Of a stretch of 64,000 bases of DNA, positions 27,147-40,305 are shown one piece after another. Source of the DNA: Eledone cirrhosa (lineage: Eukaryota). A model generated the notes under the pieces. The model saw only the letters and a program-made list of their open reading frames with translations. It was not told the DNA's origin and did no database searches. The position numbers were made by a program, and so were the translations under genes. The stretch covers positions 22,444,001-22,508,000 of the forward strand of contig OZ024754.1 in assembly GCA_964016885.1 (NCBI GenBank), written 5' to 3'. Positions within the stretch are counted from its first letter, which is position 1; each line of letters opens with the position of its first letter.

Positions 27147-28140
27147 TACGTTAATGTAAAATCGAACCATCCCCATTCCATTATTAAATCTATCCCTAAA
27201 AATATATCCATAAGGATCTCCCGACTGTCGTCTAATTTGCAGACCTTCAACGAGCATGCTGAATATTATAATGACGCACTTAGAAAAGCTGGTTACTGCG
27301 AGAAAATAGAATATCTAGACGATAACCACATAAGTACTATGAATAAAACACATCTAAGTCGAACTAGTATTGCACCACACACACACATCAATAGGCATAC
27401 TAATAGGTGCAAACCAGCAAATAGAGTCAGACGTAGAGAGTACATATGGTATAACCCCGTGTACAATATTTCTATTAGCACTAAGATTATCTCACAATTC
27501 TATACACTAATCAATAAACACTTTATAACTTCACATAAATACTATAAAATCTTTAACTCGCGCACCATTAGACTCTCATACTCCACTGCACCTAACATAG
27601 AACAACTAATTAAAAAACTCAACTCAGCAATACTAAATAAGTACATCCCTAATGACTCAGCGCACCAGCATAGCAACATACAACGCACTAACACGTAACT
27701 ACAACCCCACCAAACTATCCAGGATACTACTGCAAAACATAAAAATAATTGTAACTGCACCAAACCAGGTACGTGCCCACTGAATAACCAGTGCCTAGCA
27801 CGCAATATTGTCTACCGATGTACAATAAATTCCGGAACCAACAAATGGTATTACGTCGGATGTACCGCAACTTCTTTCAAAGCTCGCCTATACCAACATC
27901 GATCTTCGATCAGGCACGAGAAAATGCGCTCCGTAACAACCCTCGCCGATAAAGCCTGGCAGCTCCGGAGGAACAATCAAGCATTCTCCCTTGATTGGCA
28001 TATAAGCATATAAGCAAAATCATCGATTCTGTAAATTATGCAATATGGAGATATACTGCATTTTAACGTCGGTAAACAAACTTTTGAACAGCAAAATTGA
28101 ACGTTCACTGTACAGTAACCATCGTTTGAAAACGACTTTT
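27147..28140 (+). pseudogene. PLE C RT thumb/linker/GIY-YIG remnant
   Basis: YVNVKSNHP..RISRLSS..HAEYYNDALRKAGY; IWYNPVYN..KIFNSRTIRLSYST; CNC..CPLNNQCL..IVYRC..YYVGCT; FCKLCNME. Confidence 0.88.
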
Positions 28141-28572
28141 TCCTTTTTTTAAATGCATGTAATGTTACCTTTTTACACCACCGTTTGCAAATTTCTGTTT
28201 TATATGTTTATACACAAGATATGGCTTTCTATAATAATAGTACTAAACACTGTTTTCTGGACCCCTTTAGAAATAACCTGCTACTATAATAGCCCCAATA
28301 ACTTGTCTGTAACTCTGTACCACTTTGACCCCTTTAACTAAATTTTGTCCAAACAACACCACTAGAAGAATTTACTTCCCCCGCCAATCCTAACACGCCT
28401 CATTAAGCTAACTGCTGCCAAAACATTCTCTCCTTACAATCTCTACTAGTCTGACAGTCTTAAATCCTAGGACTCCCTCCCCCTTACTCACTTCCCTCTT
28501 CCCCTTCTCTTCCTACCTCCTTCTTTCTCTTTTATCTAGTGTATAAAATATTTTCATATCATTCCAATACAA

Positions 28573-28689
28573 AGGTCTGACGACATGGTGTGTTTGCTTG
28601 CAGTGTACCTTCGGTTTATGATAATATTTTTATATTATTCAAATAGCGAGGTATAGGTAACCCATACACTATAGAAACAATTGTTACCT
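28573..28689 (+). ncRNA. Hammerhead ribozyme with about 90-nt helix II (PLE C; mirror copy 26318-26434)
   Basis: AGGU-CUGACGA-[AUGGUGUGU...AUACACUAU hairpin]-GAAAC AAUU GUU-ACCU, immediately followed by AATAAA. Confidence 0.75.
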
Positions 28690-28841
28690 AATAAATTCTT
28701 TATACCCGCATTTCCGTTTGATAAACTTCTTCTCCATATTTTCTCCGGATTTTAAAACACTTTATTATACGTTGAGCAATCTCCGACGTCGGTTGACTCC
28801 ATCCAATGCAACTACTTAGTAACATTGGAATACAAATTTAC

Positions 28842-28915
<74 letters not shown>

Positions 28916-28918
28916 ATA

Positions 28919-29915
28919 CTAGCTGGTCCGTCCGTTTGGCGGCCGGCTAGGTATACCGGCATTTTATCTTTTCAAGAACCCCCCCCTCCACTCTAGTGCA
29001 AAGATACCGCTCTCCCTCTCATGTCAGCGAGGGTGGGGTGGGGGCGTGTCAATGTTCCCTGATGTTGGGTTTGAATAGTTAAAAATCGGACTCAGTTTTG
29101 CAAAGACTGTATGTCACACTGATGCTAAAATGCAATGTAGATACAATCAGCTTGTGAACTCACTTGCTCCAATCTGGGTTGTTCTTGTTCTGTCTCAGTT
29201 GCTGAAGGCGAGACTGGCGCTGCTCTTGAGACTGGGCTGATCGAATGGCTCTCGCTTGAGTCCTCATCTGCTGAAGGCGACGTTCATGATCCTCTTCAGA
29301 CTCTTTTGTGCTTTCGTGAAATAATTAGGTTTGTTTATATTTTGTTTTTATGTATGCAAAAATATTTGTACACGAATTAAAATAACAGATTAAAGTTTAA
29401 GCAAAGAATCACTGCTTTCACCTTTAACGGGATCTTCTGAAACTAAAAAAAAAACAATCTGTGAACGCAGAAGTAAATATTTCGAAAAACGTTATCTAAT
29501 GCAGACAGCCAGACATACAGGGGCATATTATAAGCGCGCGACGTTATAGCTATGTATCTATCCAAAAAGACAAACTAAGAAAAAGAGAGGAATATTGTGC
29601 GACGTCATAGCTATGTATCTAATGCAGACAGCCAGACATACAGGGACATATTATAAGGGCGCGACGTTATAGCTATGTATCTATCTAAAAAGACAGACTA
29701 AGAAAGAGTGGGGAATGTCGTATAACCGGAAGTTTTGACATTTGACATTTTAAAGGGAATATTTAAATAATGTCTTTAATTTTTTAACAAAATTCATTAG
29801 ACAAAAATACCCTCACCTTTTTACTTGGAAAAAGTTACATCTATGGTGTAAATTTGGTCCAGCCGTTTGGCGAAAAGTTTGTTACATACATACGGCCGTC
29901 GGCTTTATCTATATA
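28919..29915 (-). mobile_element. Non-autonomous Helitron-like element
   Basis: The - strand ends in a GC-rich hairpin-like segment plus CTAG followed by T (28919). The other end has a TA-rich/(GTAT)n start typical of animal Helitrons. Contains an internal direct repeat at about 29490-29700. Confidence 0.6.
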
Positions 29916-31238
29916 TATAAAACAGAGGATGTCTGTCTGTGTGTCTGTTTCCCTAAAACTCGAGAAGTACCCACCGTTTTTTTTTCAAACTTTACACATG
30001 TAACCCGTATGGCCCCGGAAGTGTTTTGAGCAAAAAAAAATTTCAAATTATTCTGACCTAGGAATCGAATTAGTGAAGTGGCCAATGTCTGTACATAATG
30101 AGGGAGTGAGAGGAGAGAGAAAGAAATGGAGAGGCGAAGTGAAGAAGTAGCTCTCTACTCCTCCTCATTCGTCACAGCGTTTTTTGATAGAAGGGAGAAA
30201 TGTGAACGAGTTACAGAGAGAAAGAGTGAGAGTGAAAGAAACAGACAGACTAAAAGAGGGGGATAGTGGGGGGGGGGGGGAGTGACAGACGCCGTCTTTT
30301 GAGAGTTGTATGCGTCAAAGATACATGACAGTGGAATAACTATTGCGCGTGTGTGTACGTGCGCGCGCGTGTGTGTACGTGCGCGCGCGTGTGTGTACGT
30401 GCGCGCGCGTGTGTGTGAGTTTGTGTGCGTTTGCATGCGTGAGTGCGTATGTGTGCGTGATTGATTATAAACTCTCTCACATGGTCTGATGGAATTAACC
30501 CTTTAACATTTACATTACTCTATATATACTATATTATTTTCATGGTAAAGGCTTTATCTCACATCATATAAAAATCTCATAGATTTAATATTATTTATTT
30601 TGAGAACAATACCTTAACCCTTTAGTATTAATGTGAGTGAGTTATAAAGAGAAAGAGTGAGAGTGAAAGAAACAGACAGACTAAAAGAGGGGGATAGCGA
30701 GAGAGAGAGAGAGACGCTGGAAGAGGGGAAGGAAAGCTATATGTCTTGCTGTCTGCATTACGATACATATATATACACACACACTGATCGCGTCATAATG
30801 ACGTAATACAAACAGCCAGACATACAGACAGATATTATAAGGGCGCAACGTTATATCTATGTATCTATCTAAATAGAAAGACTAAGAATAATAGAGAGAG
30901 ATCACTAAATCGCCTAATGCGGTCCCTAGAGCATTGAAAATTTGAAATATTGTTTGCTCAAAACACTCACAGGACCATAAGTATTACATGTGTAAAGTTT
31001 GAAAACAATCGGTTGGGTCGTTCTCAAGTTTTAGTGAGCTGACCGACAGACAGACATTCTCTGTTTTAGATATATAGATAGATATATAATTATATATTCG
31101 TGTACAGATATTTTTGCATACACAATAACAAAATATAAACAAACGTATTTATTTCACGAGGCCCAATAAGGATAAATATATATCAAATATATAAGAACCC
31201 TAGAGCAAATCCCGAGTAACGCCAGGCCATTCTGCTAG
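29908..31238 (+). mobile_element. Composite non-autonomous Helitron region
   Basis: 5' TCTATATATATAAAACAGAGGATGTCTGTCTG at 29908, with an inverted related 5' end at about 30940-31078. The 3' end CCCGAGTAACGCCAGGCCATTCTGCTAG|T matches the Helitron end at 63770-63798. Confidence 0.65.
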
Positions 31239-31295
<57 letters not shown>

Positions 31296-31675
31296 ATATA
31301 TATTGTATATATAGTAATAATAATAAAATTGAATACTAAAATCCAAAGAGGGCTCGATAAGGAAAATATATATCAAATATATAAGAACCGTAGAGCAAAT
31401 ATTTATTAAAATAAGCAGCGATTCTTTGCTTAAACTTTAATCTGTTATTTTAATAAATATTGTATATATATATATATTGTATATATAGCGTGAAAGCAGT
31501 GATTCTTTGCTTAAACTTTAATAAATATTTGCTCTAGGGTTCTTAAATATTTGATATATATTTTTCCTTATCGAGCCCTCTTTGGATTTTAGTCTTTACA
31601 ATTATTATTATTACTATATATTCTCTTTTACCTGTTTCAGCCATCCGGCTGAGGCCATGCTGGGGCACCGCATGT

Positions 31676-31730
<55 letters not shown>

Positions 31731-31732
<2 letters not shown>

Positions 31733-32409
31733 TTCGACTTTGCTTGGCCACAGCCAAAGCTTCGATTTTACTAAGCTTCCACTTGTATTATTTTTCCTAG
31801 ACTTAATAATTAATTAATTAATTTAATTAGACAATTCTGTTGATTGGTTAATTATTTGTGTTTGTTTAATAACGTCTGGTTGAGAGCTTTTATTCAGAAT
31901 ATTGAGCGGAAATATTTTTTCCTTTGTTAACACTTCGAATTTACCCGCCAAAAAGCAGGGGTTGCTTCCCTTGTTGGAAATAACACGTGACAGCGAAATG
32001 TTTGAAGGCTGTCTATTGTGGCGGTCGAATTTAGTTTGTTCACACCAGTTTGAGGCAATAGAACGGAATGACTCTTGATGAAATGAATCCCCTGTTCGAT
32101 CATGGAATACCACAAACTTACGAGTTACGTAAGTTGGATAGATGATTTCAGGTTCATAGAAACATATCAGACGTATTGCAGAATATCGTTCGATCTGTCC
32201 AGGTCTGTTGTTTTAACCTGATTAGTTCTTTCGTTGTTTTGGTATTGTATAGTTGGGTTTTGCCTGCCGCAATTTTCAATTTGTCAAGCTATTTAAACGT
32301 ATGTTATTACTCTAAGGACCTACCCTTATTGAGTGCTTTGCTACTCATTCTTTATTGTAGGTCGACTTTGCTTGGCCACAGCCAAAGCTTCGATTTTACT
32401 AAGCTTCCA

Positions 32410-32412
<3 letters not shown>
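31731..32412 (+). mobile_element. ORF-less 628-nt unit with 51-bp terminal direct repeat and hammerhead-like motif (non-autonomous PLE/retrozyme-like)
   Basis: 31734-31784 is identical to 32362-32412. (TA)n lies on both sides. Confidence 0.65.
32069..32173 (+). ncRNA. Degenerate hammerhead with about 77-nt helix II
   Basis: UGACU-CU(U)GAUGA-A AUGAAUC...GAUCAU...AACUUACG/CGUAAGUU...AUGAUU...GGUUCAU A-GAAAC AU AUC-AGACG. Confidence 0.55.
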
Positions 32413-32455
<43 letters not shown>

Positions 32456-32474
32456 ATATATATATATATCGTGC

Positions 32475-32562
<88 letters not shown>

Positions 32563-32595
32563 CATATATATATATATATTGTATATATATATCGT

Positions 32596-32628
<33 letters not shown>

Positions 32629-33370
32629 TTGTAGTTGGTTGATTGGATGCGTTGTACCCATAGGCGGTTGAGCACTCTATGCTCATTCGAAGCAGAGTAT
32701 GATAATATGGAAAACGAAGAATCAGTAATGCATCGGAACTCAATTTATTGCGTATTACAATTGTTTCTCCGACGAACAGCTCGAGGTGCGACCTGTTTGC
32801 GGATCGAACCTGACTCTGGATTCACAAGTTCCTCAGATAGGTCTAGTGACTTCGAAGCAAATTCTCTTTCTGCTGGACTCCGACCGTTCGAATTTCTATC
32901 ATCTGCCATCATCCTGTTTGTGCGGCGGTTTGATTGGTTGATAGTCCGCGACGTCATCTTTGTGCTTGACCATTGAAATCTGCCCACTGACCATTTCCAT
33001 TCAGGCGTGAGCTGTTACCCCAAGAAATTACTGCTATGTGTAGGATAGTATGAACTCTCACGCGCTTCCCTTGCTTGTATGCCTCCCCACCCACATGCAC
33101 GTGTGGTCACACATATAAAGACATTCCCAGCCATTAATCGCACACTTATCTGTGTCGACACACACACACAGACACACACACACAGATAGTGTTTGCGTGT
33201 GTGCGGTCACACATGTACATACATATATATTCACTTCTCGTATATACATTCCTACGCTGACATACGCACACACGTACACATAGGGACTCACATATATACA
33301 TATATGTGTCCATACACACACACATATATACATGTGTGTACATATACATACACACAAATATACACATACA
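32629..33370 (-). mobile_element. PLE 'F' pseudo-LTR/3'UTR, related to PLE A, with hammerhead at 32750-32843
   Basis: CUGAGGA ACUUGUGAAUCCAGAGUCAGGU...ACCUCGAGCUG...GAAAC AAUU GUA then AATAAA; colinear similarity to the PLE A terminus. Confidence 0.75.
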
Positions 33371-33371
33371 C

Positions 33372-33570
33372 ACCCTCTTTCAAGGGCCGGAGCAAGAGAC
33401 TCTCCACTAGGCTGGCGGACCTGATATGGGACTTGAAGGACACCGGCACCACCTATGATCTCAACTGGAGTATCGTTCAACGTGCCATTGTATATTCGGT
33501 CGACGAGAGGAAGTGCAGGCTGTGCCTGTACGAGGCCATGGAGATAGTGAGATTAAAGGATGACATGTAG
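33372..33570 (+). pseudogene. PLE GIY-YIG C-terminal fragment
   Basis: STRLADLIWDLKDTGTTYDLNWSIVQRA..KCRLCLYEAMEIV, close to the PLE A protein. Confidence 0.8.
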
Positions 33571-33609
33571 ACACCAGCGAAGGTGCACACTTATGTTGGT
33601 TGGAGTTCA

Positions 33610-34567
33610 GCAATGGGCTGCTGAACTCCAACCAACATGGATTCCGTAATGGAAGGGACTGCCTAACGCAGCTCCTGCATCACTTTGACGATGTTTTGAG
33701 AGCCTTGCGAGAGGGCTCCAACACTGATGTCATCTACCTTGATTTCAGCAAGGCTTTTGACGGGGTTGATCATAAGATTCTACTGAAAAAACTATCCAAT
33801 ATTGGTGTCTCTGGAAAGTTACTACAGTGGATCAAATGTTTCCTGACAGACAGAACCCAGCATGTTGTAGTCGAAGGAGTAAAATCAAACCCAGCCAAAG
33901 TCAGCAGTGGCGTCCCACAAGGCACTGTGTTGGGCCTACTTCTTTTCATCATCTACTCTAAGGACATTATTGACATCATCAAGCACAGCAACGTAAGAAT
34001 CTTCGCAGATGATTCCAAGCTCCAGAGGGTCATCAATGAGGGTGATGACCGGACTTGCCTTCAGTCAGACCTACTGGCTGTTATCCAATGGGCAGAAAAG
34101 AATAATATGCTGTTGAAGATAATGAGGATAAGTTTGAATTAATCCACTTTGGTAAAAGGGATGCCCCGAAACTACCATACTCTCTTCCTTCGAGTGAAAC
34201 TCTAGTGGCATCCAACAACATCAGAGATCTGGGAGTAATTGTGGACAACAACATAAGCTGGGCCACTCATATAAACAGCAAGTTGACATGGCCCACAAAA
34301 TGTGTTCCTGGATTCTCAGAACCTTCCAAGTCTGTTATCAGAACCTTCCACACTGTTATCCTTCTCTTCTCCACTTTTGCGGGATTCCACCTTGAATACT
34401 GTTGTCCACTGTGGTCTCCCCACACGAAACAAAGTATCATGAAAGTTGAAGCACCCCAAAGATCAATTACAAAAAAGATAGATGGCATGGCAGGCCTTGA
34501 CTATTGGAGTCGTTTAGAAAAGCTGAACCTTTATTCTCTCCAACGTCGCCGTGAGCGCTACATTATC
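33610..34567 (+). mobile_element. CR1-like non-LTR retrotransposon RT fragment
   Basis: NQHGFRNGRDCLTQLL, DVIYLDFSKAFDGVDH, SGVPQGTVLG, IFADDSKL, RDLGVIVD, LEYCCPLWSP, LNLYSLQRRRER. Confidence 0.88.
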
Positions 34568-36957
34568 TGTCGGCAAATAGAACTATCTTCAACCAGCACG
34601 CGGAATACTATAACTCCGCACTTGAAAAGGCTGGGTACATTGAGAACATATCTTACAATGACCCAACTAGAACCGCAACGCCGCTAAACCTAATCAGACC
34701 CTTAGACGAGGACACCACACCTAGAACAAATACTAACCTAAGACCCTCCTTAGCCGGAAGAACAGGCAACGTTACACACAACTTCCAAGGAGATAAAGCT
34801 ATACTCTCCAACCCCAATAAGGACTCTGAATATTGAACGCGTATACCTAGTAATAGATACCCGAGACATAACGCCAATAGAATAGTAGGAACCCGCATGA
34901 CAAATACGCCTGACCAAACGCACCGACGCAACCACCAAACCACAACAACCACACTAAACACCGTAAAGACCGAAGTAGACCTGTCACATGGTACAACGCC
35001 CCGTACTCTATACACCTTGCCACCAATATACCGGGGACCTTCTTCAGGGCTCTTGAACAATCCTTCCCACACACACATAAATACCACAAGCTCTTCAATA
35101 GACACACTGTCAAATTCTCTTTCTCCACAGCACCAAATCTAGGCGACACAATAGCACACAGTAATAGGACAAACATACGCAAACACATGGTTGCCCCACA
35201 ACAGACCACTAGCACAACCCAGAACGAAACCACACACACAACACAACAACCCACATGCCAGCTCCACACAGAATACGAACAACGGACAACTTGCCATCAA
35301 ACCTGTAACCCCCGATTACAACTGCAAAAAGCCGGTAGAATGCCCACTAAACGGGAAGTGTCTCGTTAAAAACATTATTTACAGGTAGCGATGTCACAGC
35401 TGGCAGAAAAGAGTACTCCTATATAGGGGCGACCTCGACTACGTTTAAGGAACGCTGGTACAACCACAAAAGTTCCTTCAAAAAGGCTCAAACGATCCCA
35501 AACTAGACTGGCCGTCTTGATCTGGGACCTCAAAGACAAGAACATTGAATTCCAGATCATATGGTCAGTTAAAAGACGCGTGGCCGAACTCCCCAGCGAC
35601 AGAAACCACTGCAGGTTATGCCTGGCTGAGGCGGCTGAGATCATTAAATTGAAATCTGCTATAAACTCTAGGTCTGACATAATTATAAATTGTAGACACA
35701 CCAGGTTGAACACCTTCTCTGCACAAACATTCGGCAGAGGGCCGCACACTAACCTTGACGCAACATAGTGATAATCACCTTTGCTCTGTCTCACCGTCAG
35801 TGCATTTGTCTTATATAACATGTAACCTTTGTAAGTTCAGATTTTGTAAATATCATGTCGCATCCATCACCCCCACCAAAAGACACATCGCCATACACCC
35901 CTCATATTAGTACCATTGTGTTCTATCTATCCTCTTTGTCAGGTTTTACCTTGTAAACCACCGTAACATGCGATCCTGTGAATATAATGTTGAAAATATC
36001 ACCCCATCGCCACCACCACTACCTCCATACACATCGCTATACGTACACCATCCCTCATTCACAACCTTGTTTTCCCCGTGTTCCCTATGTCATTTTTTAA
36101 CTTGTAATCCATCGTAAAATTCGATCCTGTAAATAGTTTGACGCTCCCACCACCACCGCCACCACCAGGCACATCTCCAGACTTCAACAATCATTAACAT
36201 CACCAACACATATCATCCCTCCCTAAACAACGCATGTGTGTGTAAGTATATTTATTTGTACAACGCCATCTCCACTGGCTCTCCCCCTCTCTCTCTATTT
36301 ATATATACATGTGTATATATACAACGTATTTGTCAGACTAAGTGTGTCTATGTATATATCTCCTTATTGAATTTGACATCACCAACACATCCACCACGCC
36401 ACCATAAACACCATTACCATAAACAACAACACCACACCCACACCCACACCATAAACAACAACACCACACCCACACCCACACCACACACAATAACCAGCCA
36501 CAAATACACGCCAATCTGTCTACCGACAATCCAGCACCCCCACCCCACCGCCCACTTCAGCCTGCGACCGTCACCACCAGCTTATCACCCCCCCACATAC
36601 ACTACAGGCAAAAACATCCCTATGAACTAATCCACCAATCAAAACAAACTTTATTGACAAATATATGAACTTCTGACTTTATCATACAGTATGTATTCAT
36701 TTTCTACTAGCACTACAAGAGGTCCAACGAGCCGCAGATTACAGAGTCGGGTAAGATCGATACAGATCGAACCTTGAGCTGATGAGTGGCGAAACGCGCG
36801 TCACCAACCAATAAATGTAATGAAGGAGTAACCAATCGTCCTTGTTATCCTTTCAATATATTACACTCTGTCTAGCTCTACACCTCGACACTGAAGTGAA
36901 CCTAAACATCGAGTGCTCACCTGGGTGAATCTACAGTAACTCCAAGTTACACTCCCT

Positions 36958-36960
<3 letters not shown>
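34568..36960 (+). mobile_element. PLE 'G': 5'-truncated (RT thumb, linker, GIY-YIG, 3'UTR)
   Basis: FNQHAEYYNSALEKAGY; LSHGTTP/TWYNAPYS (frameshifted); NCKKPVECPLNGKCLVKNIIYR; IWDLKDKN..HCRLCLAE..CRH. Ends at (TA)n. Confidence 0.87.
36721..36805 (+). ncRNA. Hammerhead-like motif with extended helix II (PLE G)
   Basis: GGU-CCAACGA (decayed CUGACGA)-GCCGC...CAGAGUCGGGU...ACCUUGAGCUG...GUGGC-GAAAC GCGC GUC-ACC; AATAAA at 36810. Confidence 0.65.
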
Positions 36961-37012
<52 letters not shown>

Positions 37013-37283
37013 TGTATGTATAATATATTTGGCAATATACCGTATGTTTAATTAAAACATTTTGAAGACCTTGCTCTATCCTTTTTAAAGTAGTGACTAT
37101 GTCACTTCTTTTTTCGGCAAAGGAAGTGAGAGAAGCTGACAGATTCTGTTTCACACTGTTGGTGATCCTCAGAGCAACATACTCGCCACCTCTGCCGAAA
37201 ATTATAGAGGCTGGATTCTTATAGAATTCCAGTAATAATCAGAAACTGATTATACAGAGCGATTGCCGGTCCAGCAAAAATTA

Positions 37284-37379
<96 letters not shown>

Positions 37380-37638
37380 GTATAGAAATTATTGTGAGCG
37401 TGAAGCCAAGAGTATTTCATAATATATAAGTGACTATAACGTCAAAATGGAAAATAATTAACGTAAGATGTGGGAAAATAATTCAAACTCAATTCAAAAA
37501 AAATCAAGACAGATTTATCCATAGAATTTTGTGAAATCCATGGAAAAAGCCTTAACTCTGAATAAAATAATAAAATAATATATATATATATATATATCTT
37601 AACCATTTAACATCTCAGGGTATGTCATGTATCATTAT

Positions 37639-37691
37639 ATTTTGTCTGATGAGGACGTACTGTTGTACATCCGAAATATGTATAATAAAAT
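37639..37691 (+). ncRNA. Minimal type I hammerhead in an orphan PLE terminus
   Basis: AUUUUGU-CUGAUGA-GGACGUAC UGUU GUACAUCC-GAAAU AUGU AUA-AUAAAAU. Confidence 0.75.
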
Positions 37692-37744
37692 GTAATTGAT
37701 CAAAAGAACATCTATTTTATTAATACTTATATATATAGATATAC

Positions 37745-38725
37745 ACACACAGATATGCACGGTAAGTTGTGGAGTCTAGTCTGCATGAAGAACTCAATCT
37801 AATCCATATGTTGAAAATGTTGTAGGTTAAAATAAATCCCGGAAAACAATAAAACATTAAAAGGAAAACAGTCATGATATAATTTAAAACAATGAAATAA
37901 GAAATCAAGTCATTAGAAATATACTTCACTGGTTTACGATCGTTTCTAGGTGAGGATAATACATTGTAACTATACTTCGTTATCGATGTATGTAAGGTTA
38001 GTTACAAAATATCAGAATAGGAGAATATTTACTTACATGCATATCACCAGCTGTTGTCAAAAGCAATAATAATTTTATTCAAAATTAGTAGTAAATTAGT
38101 ATTATGTTTAGTTCTATGACCTTATTTGGAGGTAGCTGAAGAACTAACTAATCAGATTGTTTTTTTCCATATGATGTTAATATGAAAAATAATTCACTTT
38201 AGTTGAGGTCATGACCCTTTGAAAGGAATGGTTGAATGGTGTTAATAACACAACTCAACATTTAATTTTTACATTCCTTTTAAACTTCACTATACCAGAT
38301 ACATTCAACTATCAATTTGACAATCCCTTTCTTCCTAATAGATTTTTTATGGCAATTCTGTTATTAACACCATTCAACCATTCCTTTCAAAGGGTCATGG
38401 CCTCAACTAAAGTGAATTATTTTTCCTCTTAACATCATATGGAATAAAACAATCTGATTGGTTAGTTCTTCAACTACCTCCAAACAAGGTCATAGAACTA
38501 AACATAATACTAATTTACTACTAATTTTGAATAAAATTATTATTGCTTTTTACAACAGCTGGTGATATGCATGTAAGTAAATATTCTCCTTATCTGATAT
38601 TTTGTAACTAACCTTACATAGATCGATAACGAAGTATAGTTACGATGTATTATCATCACATAGAAACGATCGTAAAGCAGTGAAGTATATTTCTAATGAC
38701 TTGATTTTTTGTTTCATTGTTTTAA

Positions 38726-38728
<3 letters not shown>
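37745..38728. mobile_element. Fold-back of two PLE 'I' pseudo-LTRs without ORF
   Basis: About 37885-38247 is the reverse complement of about 38360-38728. Same family as 45396-46075 and 48488-49458. Hammerhead-like motifs at about 37925-38070 (-) and 38542-38681 (+). Confidence 0.87.
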
Positions 38729-38778
<50 letters not shown>

Positions 38779-39008
38779 TTATTTGGTTCCTTTACCGGTT
38801 TCGCACTTCTTCTGCTTTTCAAAAGTAGAGTTGAGATGGAGGGTCTGTGGTTTTTTCTCACATCTGGTTGGTCTTTGAATGTTACTTGTTTTATATGGAA
38901 AAAAGTGGGTCAAAACGCCAGGTTTTTAGAGAAGTAATTTGATTGGTTGGTCAATATGTATAATAAATTTCGCGCCAGTTCGCGTTACAAAGTTCTTCAA
39001 ACAACGGT

Positions 39009-39040
<32 letters not shown>

Positions 39041-39301
39041 CTCAGGTTGTTTTTTCATAAATGAGTGAAGTTTGGTTGGTTGATGCAGTCACGTGAATAA
39101 GCACATCAGCTTTCGCGTCAGTTTGTTTGAATTTCTTTTTACTTTAAAAAAAGGGGCTCACGAAGGCTTTTTTTAAATAAATGTAAATTGATTGGTTATA
39201 AATGAAATTATGGCTGTCACGTGAACAAGTTCATTAAATTTCCCGCCCGTATTTAGGAATTTATTTTGTAGCCTTTTAGAGAATTTTATGACAAACAAAA
39301 G

Positions 39302-39492
39302 ATAATTGTTTCTACTTTAGGCACAAGGCCAGCAAATGCCCAGTGCATTACTGGTACTTTATTTTATCGACCCCGTAAGGATGAAAGGCAAAGTCAACCT
39401 CGGCGGGATTTGAACTCAGATCGTAAAGGGACGTAACTATGCTGGAAAGCATGGCGTCCGACCCTCTACCGATACTGCCAATCCACCACCGC
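39302..39492 (-). mobile_element. tRNA-derived SINE with 19-bp TSD
   Basis: TSD ATGACAAACAAAAGATAAT on both sides. The mirror arm (about 43010) is empty. Confidence 0.92.
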
Positions 39493-40305
39493 TAAATGAC
39501 AAACAAAAGATAATGGTCAAGAGAAATGGGATGGGAGAATTGTTCTGGTTCAGTGAATATGGCTGGTTCGCTGGGGTGTCAGAATTCAAACTTTCTATTG
39601 AAATAAAGAAAGTAGAGATATGTATGTTTATTTGTGTGCTTGTGTGTGTGTATGTGTGTAGGAAGATGATTCTATTAGTAGAAATGAGGGAGGGAGTTGT
39701 GTGTATGTGTGTAGGAAGATGATTCTATTAGTAGAAATGAGGGAGGGAGTTGTGTGTGTGTGTATATGGGTGTTATGTGTGTCTGGGGGGGAGTATGTTA
39801 AGATGGAGAGAATATATTTTATGTGTGTGTATGTGTGTAGGAAAGTGATTCTATTAATATAAATGGGGGAGGGAGTTGTGTGTGTGTGTGGGGGGGGGGT
39901 ATGTGTGTGTGGGAGTATGGTTAGCATGTTAAGATGAAGAGAATATATATTTTGTGTGTGTGTGTGTGTCTGTGTGTGTGTGTGTGTAGGAAAATGATTC
40001 CGTTAGTAGAAATATTTTTGAATGAACATATTTTCCTTATTTATTCGTATTTGTTCTGTTGTATTGTCAGCGCAAACGTATGTTAAGGTTTATTTAGTTC
40101 GGGTTTTTATTTTCTAAAGTAGAAGGTGTTATGTGTGTGTATATGTGTCTGTTTGGATGGTTAGCATGTTATGGTGTTGACATAATGTATATTAAACCAT
40201 ATTTAATGCTGGTCTATATTTTTGAATAAACATATTTTCCTTATTTATTCGTATTTGTTCTGTTGTATTGTTAGCGCAAAGTTAAAATGGGAAGACTTGG
40301 AATTT

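Larger units (their letters stand above)
26273..28845 (+). mobile_element. PLE 'C': fold-back with inverted 5' arm
   Basis: 26273-27147 is the reverse complement of 27872-28735 (near identical). Flanked by (TA)n. Confidence 0.92.

Noticed and set aside
26273-28845. DNA transposon with long TIRs (Polinton/Mutator/foldback)
   Set aside because: The arms include the end of the GIY-YIG ORF and a hammerhead, and the interior is PLE RT/EN rather than transposase.
37055-37135. Possible further hammerhead (TTGAAGA + hairpin)
   Set aside because: It lacks GAAA-stem III-NUH and stem I.
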